This document shows, in pieces, positions 56,679 to 64,000 of a DNA stretch of 64,000 nucleotides. Below the pieces are notes generated by a model, which was given only the letters and a program-made list of their open reading frames with translations, was not told where the DNA came from and made no database searches. The position numbers and the translations under genes were made by a program. Source of the DNA: Chrysomallon squamiferum (taxonomy: Eukaryota; Animalia; Mollusca). Location of the stretch: positions 13,454,001-13,518,000 of the forward strand of contig CM022675.1 of NCBI GenBank assembly GCA_012295275.1, in the 5' to 3' direction. Each line of letters starts with the position of its first letter. The stretch's first letter is position 1.

Positions 56679-58014
56679 CTCTAAAAAGAACCACCCATAT
56701 GCATGGACCAGAAAAGAGTAAAAATCACAGAGTTTGTTTATTTTGAAAGAAAGTTTTTTTATCTCTTTGTTTATTCTTGATTATTTGTTTTGTTGATAAA
56801 ACTAAATGAAAAAGATAGAAAGGAAAAATAACTTGTTTCTTCTCAAACAGACGAAGAAGAAAAAAAACTTGAACACGTGTTGTACCGAATAAACTACTAA
56901 TAATAATAATAATTTTTCTTTCGTTGATGTTATAGTCATTATTATAATTTTTAAAGTTACAATTATATTTATTATTATTATTATCATAATTATCATGATC
57001 ATCATTATTGTTAATCAACATAATGATTAATGGTGCTTTAATTTTGTTTTAATTTATTTATTTTTAATTTTATTATTACTACTACTAGAACAACTACTAC
57101 TACTACTTCTTCTACTACTATCATTTTTGTTGTTGTTGAATTTTATTTTATTTTATTTAATGTGTACAACATGTACTGATGTAATGAGTTTTATAAAACA
57201 TTAACTTTTGAAACATGATTATTTTTCTTTCTGTGCAGAGATACCTTGACATTTGAAAAGCTTCCTTTGAGTTTGTTTTTATATTCAAAATGAGAAATGG
57301 AAGGGAATTAAAAAAAAAAAAAAAATAAAAATAAAAAAAATATATATATATCAAAAAAATAAATAAATAAAGATTAAAAAAGAAACAGACAACTTTAAAA
57401 AAAAGAAATATGTATTGAGAAAAATCACAAAAAAAAAAAAAATTCATGTTATTGCATTCAATGATCAAAGCCGCATTTTCACTTGATGACTTGTGTACAT
57501 ACCTTATAATTTATAACACCTTGAAATATATGTTTATAAATTTAAATAATATACCATTATTTATTGCATCAGTAATACTGGTCTTACAGTTTTGAATTCT
57601 TATGCCAAAATATTACAGAAAATAAATAAATAAATAAATAAATAGTTATGATTTTAATCCTTTCTAATCGCATCGTTAGAAAACATCGCTAAAGTCAGAT
57701 CTTATTCCCGCACGTCGAATACGTCAATCTGATTATGACGTCATTAGCTTCGTGTCATGGCGCTCCGGTGCCAGTGTGTTTGATTTCTGTGTAAAAAACG
57801 ACGTACAGTACACGGGGTCACAGATACGAGATTAGATCAGGACTGAGACTGTGTGTGAGAGGTCAAGATACGTTCTGACCTCCGAGTATCAATCACACAG
57901 ACTAAATGAAAAGACGTAACATGAGATGAAAAACTGTGATTTCCAAAGTTTATTTCACCTCCGATGTGGCGTACGTATCTCTATATCTTTTTTTATTTTT
58001 ATTTTTTTTTTTTA

Positions 58015-58105
<91 letters not shown>

Positions 58106-58217
58106 ATTACAAATATTCACTTTTGAATGACAAAACGAGAGCAGAGAACGAAATTGAAAGAGAGTAAAAGACAAAAAGAATTTTAAAAAGATATAATTAT
58201 AATAAATAACAAAACTG

Positions 58218-58301
<84 letters not shown>

Positions 58302-58315
58302 GTAAAAACAACAGC

Positions 58316-58348
<33 letters not shown>

Positions 58349-58357
58349 TTAACTTAC

Positions 58358-58521
58358 CAGATTATTTAGTAACATCAGATCATCAACATAAGTTACCAGA
58401 CTTGTGCACAAAGTTGGTGTTTGTTAGTTTTTTCCGCTGGTAATAAATTCAGCTGGTATGTTTAGAGTTGTGTACACTTAGTATTCCAACTTTTTCATAG
58501 AAACAACAGTTTGAGAATAAC
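58358..58521 (-). other. Candidate 164-nt non-coding exon
   Basis: Minus strand: acceptor tttttgttttatttacttttcag|G, donor CTG|gtaagtt. Unique sequence bounded by microsatellites; all three frames contain a stop. Confidence 0.6.
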
Positions 58522-58627
58522 CTGAAAAGTAAATAAAACAAAAATAGTATTGTAAAAAAAAGAAGAAGATAAAATGAACTTCTAATAATAACAACAACAT
58601 ATTCAATAACAACAAACAACAATAACC

Positions 58628-58665
<38 letters not shown>

Positions 58666-59570
58666 GCAACAGCAGCAAGCATTAAAGTAATGACAGTAGC
58701 AATAACAATAACAGTATTATAATTCTGTTACTGCTATTACTACTACACAACCACTACTACTAAGAAGAAGTAGAACAAGAATAAATAAGAAACAAAAATG
58801 AGAGAAATAAAACAGTGCTTCATGAAGAAAGATAACAGAAAAGAAAAAATGAAATGATAAAGAGGAAAAAGTTAAGATAGACAGAAAGAAACAGGAAAAC
58901 AAAATAAAATAAAAATAAAATATGAAAGCAAAAGACAAGAAGAACTCAAAGGATATAAAATAAATACCTACATAACACATCTCTGAAAACACAAAATGCT
59001 TGTAACGAAACTCTTCACTTACTGTCTTATGAACCAAAGAAAAAAAAAAAAAAAAAAATACATAATTTGAAAACAAATCTAAATATGTTATCGATGGATG
59101 ATGGTTTGGGGATTTATGTCTGATATAAAAGCGAGCAAAGGAATGAGATTCCAGCTGGGAATGGTAAAATTAACTTCGTTATAACAGTTCCGATGTCGAG
59201 AGAGATCAGAGAGAGAGAACAAGACAGACAAACACACACGTGTCTCGACTTACTGTTCATTGTACGAACTGGGTTTAAATATCAAGTGTTTTCTTTATTT
59301 CTTTATTCTTTTATTTTTAATGTTTTAATTTCTATATATAAACATTTTGTTGTTGTAGTTGTTGTTAATTAATGATTTACACCCAGCCACATACATATAT
59401 ATATATATCTATATAGGTATGCAGGGGAGTCAATATCTGTATGTGTTTATATTTATGGGAAATAAAGGTGGAAAAATACAACCGTGTTATTTAGTTGATA
59501 ATTACTTGTAATTTATTTATTTATTTATTTAAAGGAAAAGAAAGAGAAAGTGTAACACTCACACACACAA

Positions 59571-59643
<73 letters not shown>

Positions 59644-59798
59644 ATGATGAGTGAAATCGGCTGTCAGATTCTCTCTGGAAAGTCATGTTGTTAATGAAAA
59701 TCTTGCAGATTATTAATTTCTATAATCTATTTATTTTTGTTCTGTTTCTCGGGAATCTGCACCAAACTGAACCATGAAATCTCGCACATCTGACTCAC

Positions 59799-59913
59799 CC
59801 CATACTTGAATTTCAGTCATGCGTGACCGTGAGTCTGTGTGCGTCTGCGTCCGAGTGCAAATCACTCCCAGTGACTGCATGCACGTGTAACTTTGTCTAT
59901 CTGTACGTGCACT
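59799..59913 (-). other. Candidate first exon
   Basis: Minus strand: Inr-like TCAGT at 59915-59911, donor GGG|gtgagtc at 59799/59798. CpG-rich. Confidence 0.45.
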
Positions 59914-60060
59914 GACACGTGCATGTTTGCGCACCATCCTGCTCCTTTCGTAACTAAGGTTACAGTTACTGTTTCGCTGTTCAGACGTCACGTGACATGT
60001 AACATTTCCACCTGCTGCTCTTCGTCTGCTTCCGCTTTCTGATTGGGTGAATGTTGATAA
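59914..60060 (-). promoter_or_regulatory. Promoter-like region for the minus-strand transcript
   Basis: E-box CACGTG at ~59916, overlapping GACGTCA/GTCACGTGAC at ~59984-59996, CCAATCAG (minus) at ~60039-60046. Confidence 0.45.
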
Positions 60061-60201
60061 ATAAAACAGTGAAATTATTCTATTTCTTATTTGCGTCGGC
60101 TCATTGCACCTGTGTCTGTACAAACACACAGGTCCACATCCAGCCATTTTAAAGAGGGGTGCTTTTGTTCCAGTTTCGTGTGATGTTATTTTTTTTTTTT
60201 T

Positions 60202-60236
<35 letters not shown>

Positions 60237-60547
60237 CGTTGTTTTTGGTGTTTTTTTTTTTTTTTTTTTTTTTTTCTTAGAAGATGAAAATAAATTTTCC
60301 CGGATGTAGGGCTGTGGTAAACAGGGAGGTGTGTCTGGGAGTGCAAACAAAATGAAATGGTAGAGATTTTTTTCACGTGATGAATAATTAAAACGATGTA
60401 TGAAGATTTATTAAAATTAATCCCGCTTTTTTTTTTTTTTCATTTCAAAGAAGTGATTTTGGAGTGATATATATATATACACACACACACATATGTATAT
60501 GTATGTATGTATGTATTTATGTATGTATGTATGTGTGTGTGTTTATA

Positions 60548-60578
<31 letters not shown>

Positions 60579-62503
60579 TTATGTGTGTGTGTGTGTGTAT
60601 GATTGTATATATCTATATCTATATATATATATGTGTGTGTATGTATGTATATATCTATATATATGTATGTATGTATATATATATATAAACTCCCATTCGT
60701 ACGATGACATTTATATTGCCAGACAGACTTACACACATACAACAAAACAAACAGATATCTATTAACTCTGAACTTCAGACCTTTTACAAACCGCAAAGAT
60801 CACGCGATGTAAAAAAAAACGTGCGTACATTACACAAAAATGTAAAAAAAATGAGTGTTTAAACAGACATCAACTGGTTTTGTCAATTTGAACAGACAGG
60901 AACTTTAGACTAGAAAATTGTACACTTACTTCTCGAGTGCAGTGAAAGATGAAGCTGTTAGCCTAACGACAGGAAAGTTATTACGAAGGCTACAGTGAAC
61001 ATCGTCCAATTGTTTAACGTACTTTAGAAGTAATTTGCTTTCTCCTGTGTGTGGGTGAATTAAAATTGGGGGAAAAAAATTTAAAAATGTTTAGTAAAAT
61101 GTTCTTCTCAAACACGCTATTGTTATTCGTTGTTATTAAAATTTCTAATACGTTCATGAATTTTTAACTGTTTTTAAAATACATATTAGAAATTTTTTGT
61201 TTTGTTGTTGTTGTTGTTGTTGTTGTTTATTTGTTTATTTATTTGTTTTGTTGTTATTTTATTTTATTTTTATTTCTTATTTGTGTTTGTTTTGTTTTGC
61301 TTTTTGTTTGAGTTTTATTTTTATTTTTGTTTTTGTACTTTTTTATTTTATTTTTTTATTTTTTTTTAATATTTAAATGTTTGAATACAATTCATAAAAT
61401 AATTTTTATCGACTTTTTCATGGTCTTTTCTGTTTAAAATTTTCGATAAACATAGCTTTTTTTTAATAGCTGGCTCTGAACCGAATCGAGTCAAGGATCT
61501 TCCAGCTATAAAACAAAGTCTTAACCAGACATCTCGTGTTTACAACGTGTTTACTGTACACTGTAATTAACTATTAACTTTTTCTATCTTTTTTTTCTAA
61601 ATTAAGTAAAGTGTAATGTGGATACGTCTGGTAGGAAATTTTAGGAAATATTTACCTCGGTTTGACATTTGCTCCTTAATTGTACTTGCTGTTTTACGAA
61701 GGTGTTATTAAAAAAAAAATTACCCAGCAGCCTGTGTTCCTATTACACTTGGCATTTGCCAAGGAAACTCATTCAATTAAGCTGCAACGTTTATCGAGAC
61801 TAACCGGAAGTGACGTTTTAACCGGTCGCCATTCCATGGCGAAATGAAGTTTGGTGTTAAATAAGAAAGTAACAAAAAAAAAAAAAAAAAAACAAAAAAA
61901 AGAAATAAAAAATAAAAAATGAAGACAGCTACTTCCGAAAAGGGTATTTATTCAGCGAATTAAATGAACCACAGTGTAATTTACCTTCGTTTTAACAGAT
62001 AATTTCAACTTAGGCAAACAACGCTACCGTCTTTAAATAAGTCATCGTTAATTTCGACACTGCGCGCGCAAAAGGATTAAAAGTGGCTCAGTCTGTTGGT
62101 TACGAAATGTCAGAATTCAGAAAGCAAAAAAAGAAACGTACATACGGACGGACTAACGCGCCAAGAAAGAAGACAGAAAAGGAGAGATGAAAGGAATTAC
62201 GAATCTGTTAAGTAAGAAGTGTTACGTGCATTAAAGTGGTGCGTTACACGTCAAAGTTAGAAAGCAAAAGAGACAGAGAGACGGACGGACTAACTCCCTC
62301 CAGACAAAGAAAACGAAAAACACCCATGCAAATGAAAAAGAAAAAAGTTAACAATCAGATAAGCCTCTACAGAATGGTTACCTGTGACACAGTGTTGAGT
62401 TACACGACACTTAATGTAAGATTCCTTCTTGCCCTTTGCTGTTGTTGTTGTTGTTGTTATTTTTTATTATTATTATTGCTATTATTACTATTATTATTAT
62501 TCC

Positions 62504-62575
<72 letters not shown>

Positions 62576-62578
62576 CGC

Positions 62579-62651
<73 letters not shown>

Positions 62652-62728
62652 TTTATTATAATTATTATTGCTATTCTTATTATTAATATTATGATTATTA
62701 CTATTTCAATTATTGTTATTTTTATTAC

Positions 62729-62759
<31 letters not shown>

Positions 62760-62800
62760 ATTATTATTATTATTATTTCAATTATAGTTATTATTATTAC

Positions 62801-62832
<32 letters not shown>

Positions 62833-63123
62833 TTGCTGTTCTTGTTCTCCTTGTTGTTATTGTTGTTTTAACCTTTACGTTATGTTATATATTTTTCTCA
62901 GAGTTATTATATACGGAGAGATAACTTAAAGTCAAAACATAAATGTATTAATATAATTCTACATCGTTAAAAACTAGGTTAATATTCCGGTCAATACAAG
63001 TTTATAACACTCGACTATAAAATTACAGATATACTCTGACTATTATATTAGTCTCGTAATAAAAGGTTATAGATAAAATAGAGTATTAACGTCATTATTA
63101 TTATTATTATTATTATTATTACT

Positions 63124-63154
<31 letters not shown>

Positions 63155-63183
63155 TTATTATTATTATTATTATTATTATTTTT

Positions 63184-63217
<34 letters not shown>

Positions 63218-63406
63218 TTATTTTTTTATTACGTTTTATTAGAAGTCATACGGTATTGTCTTAGTAAATTACTACTACTACTACTGCTACTATTACTGCT
63301 GCTAATAACAACAACAACAATAACAGTAATAACAGAAACATAATAATAATAATAATAATAATAGTAATAACAATAATAATAATAATATAATAATAATAAT
63401 AATAAC

Positions 63407-63445
<39 letters not shown>

Positions 63446-64000
63446 GTAATAACAATAATAATAATAATATACTCGTTCTTTAGGAATGCGTGGGACTTTG
63501 TAATTTATAGTTCAGCGGGTAAAAAGAGAAAATTAGCTTTCTCTTCTCTTAAGGCGAAATTTAAAGAAAGTAATTATATTTAAGAAAGAAATAAATTCAA
63601 AGAACAATTTAGTGTGGTATTTTCTTTGACATTGTTTATCGTCTTTTTTTATTATTACTATTATTTTGAAGAGTTTTACTGAAAAGTTTTGAATAATGAA
63701 CAATATATGTCATATTTTTTGTATTATTTTTGTAAGAGTAGTTAATAGGGAGAACAAAACAAAAATGGAAATTACATGCCCACGCGCGACTTGCAAATAC
63801 ACACAGAGATATAAATGGACAGAGTAATAAAAAGCTAAAAAATCCTTATTAGATTTACATCGACGAACAAACAAACAAACAAACAAACAAACAAACAAAT
63901 AATCAAATAAATATATAAATAAAATTATATTCAAAGAAAGAAAACAGAAAAATCACATAAAATGTCACTAATCTTTCGTTAAAAAGTAAATTACTTATGT

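Overview
AT-rich eukaryotic DNA, probably from an invertebrate animal (inference; the microsatellite load resembles cephalopod or decapod genomes, but the species cannot be determined here). A large share of the window is (AG)n/(CT)n, (AAT)n, (AGT)n, (ATAC)n, (ATAG)n and poly-A/T tracts, separated by short unique islands that retain CpG. No credible protein-coding gene is visible: the supplied ORFs are translations of simple repeats or are short and unsupported. There is no CRISPR/cas, rRNA or intact tRNA. What the sequence does support: (1) a chain of minus-strand candidate exons with consensus splice sites, running from a promoter-like island at ~59.8-60.1 kb through 58.4, ~51.0, 42.9 and 10.2 kb, with short or closed reading frames (lncRNA or long 5' UTR); (2) two plus-strand exon/promoter candidates at 11.5 and 31.6 kb; (3) a 33-bp-period array built on the CRE palindrome TGACGTCA, a DR5-DR1-DR1 nuclear-receptor element, three CTCF-like sites and a window-wide excess of CRE/E-box motifs; (4) several minisatellites, local duplications and degenerate tRNA-derived (SINE-like) heads. 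All functional calls rest on motifs read by eye and need transcript or chromatin data.
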